Assembly: GCF_006345805.1 (NCBI RefSeq)
Contig: NC_043010.1
Span: 1,116,001-1,180,000 of the forward strand
Reading direction: 5' to 3'
Source of the DNA: Octopus sinensis
Taxonomy: Eukaryota
Length of the DNA stretch: 64,000 nt
Made by a program: the position numbers and the translations under genes. The notes beneath the pieces are model-generated. The model was not told the origin of the DNA. It saw nothing but the letters and a program-made list of their open reading frames with translations, and ran no database searches. Shown here one piece after another: positions 63,396 through 64,000 of the stretch; the first letter of the stretch is position 1, and the number at the start of each line of letters is the position of its first letter.

Positions 63396-64000
63396 GCAGC
63401 ATGGATTGGTTAATTTGACTGAGGACTGGCAAACCAGATGGCTGCACCAGGCTCCAATCTTGATCTGGCAGAGTTTCTACAGCTGGGTGCCCTTCCTAAT
63501 GCCAACCACTCGAGAGTGTACTGGGTGATTTTACATGCCATCGACACAAGAGCCAGTCAGGTGGTAATGGCAACGGCCACGCTCAATGGTGTTTTTTATG
63601 TGCCACCTGCACAGGAGCCAGTCCAACGGCACTGGCAACGACCTCACTCAAATGTTTTTCATGTGCCACCGGTACAAGTGCCAGTAAGGCAATGCTGGTA
63701 AAGATCACACTTGAACGGTGCCTATTACATGCCACTGGCACGGAAGCCAGTTCTCTGCTCTGGCAATGGTAGTGCTCCACTTGCACGGATGCCAGTCATT
63801 GAATTTGATTTCGATTTTGCTTTCACTTGCCTCAACAGGTCTTTGCAAGCAGAGTTTAGTGACCAATGAAGGAAAGGTATGCATAAGTGGGCTGGTTACA
63901 CCCCTGGCATAGGCCACGAGGTTATGGTCTCACTTGACTTGCCGGGTCTTCTCAAGCACAGTGTATTTCCAAAAGTCTCGGTCACTAGTCATTGTTGGGC
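63350..64000 (-). mobile_element. Same family as 56245-56598, with four internal about 65-bp units; runs off the window
   Basis: (CAT)n tail, CTACAGCTGGGTGCCCTTCCTAATGCC, TGCCAC/TGCCAT units at 63536, 63601, 63664 and 63730. Confidence 0.75.

Noticed and set aside
63530-63760. CRISPR-like repeat-spacer pattern
   Set aside because: The units are homologous along their length, lie inside a eukaryotic SINE-like element, and there are no cas genes.

Overview
AT-rich eukaryotic DNA, saturated with microsatellites. It is most likely intronic/intergenic octopus (cephalopod) sequence; this is my inference from the SINE families and microsatellite load, not a database result. I find no intact host protein-coding gene, tRNA gene, rRNA or CRISPR array. 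Almost all long ORFs in the track are read-throughs of simple repeats. The window is a mosaic of transposable elements. (i) SINEs: about 20 CORE-type tRNA-SINE copies with an internal microsatellite, about 10 copies of a second tRNA-SINE (often dimeric), V-domain-like SINEs and a SINE with an RTE-like tail. (ii) LINE remnants of RTE, CR1, Tx1/L1, CRE-like and R4-like type. (iii) DNA elements: Tc1 (DD34E), mariner (DD34D), a Ginger/GIN-like integrase and several MITEs. (iv) Penelope-like terminal repeats carrying degenerate hammerhead motifs. The most notable structures are a young RTE insertion with an inverted endonuclease fragment, a three-level nest (CRE-like > Ginger-like > MITE), a SINE tail resembling the 3' end of neighbouring Tx1-like LINEs, a Tc1 flanked by CATG rather than TA, and a perfect 48-bp inverted repeat. 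There is a 100-N scaffold gap at 61615-61714. I did not find convincing evidence of a new biological system; the findings concern mobile-element biology. Element boundaries were read by eye and are approximate unless stated.
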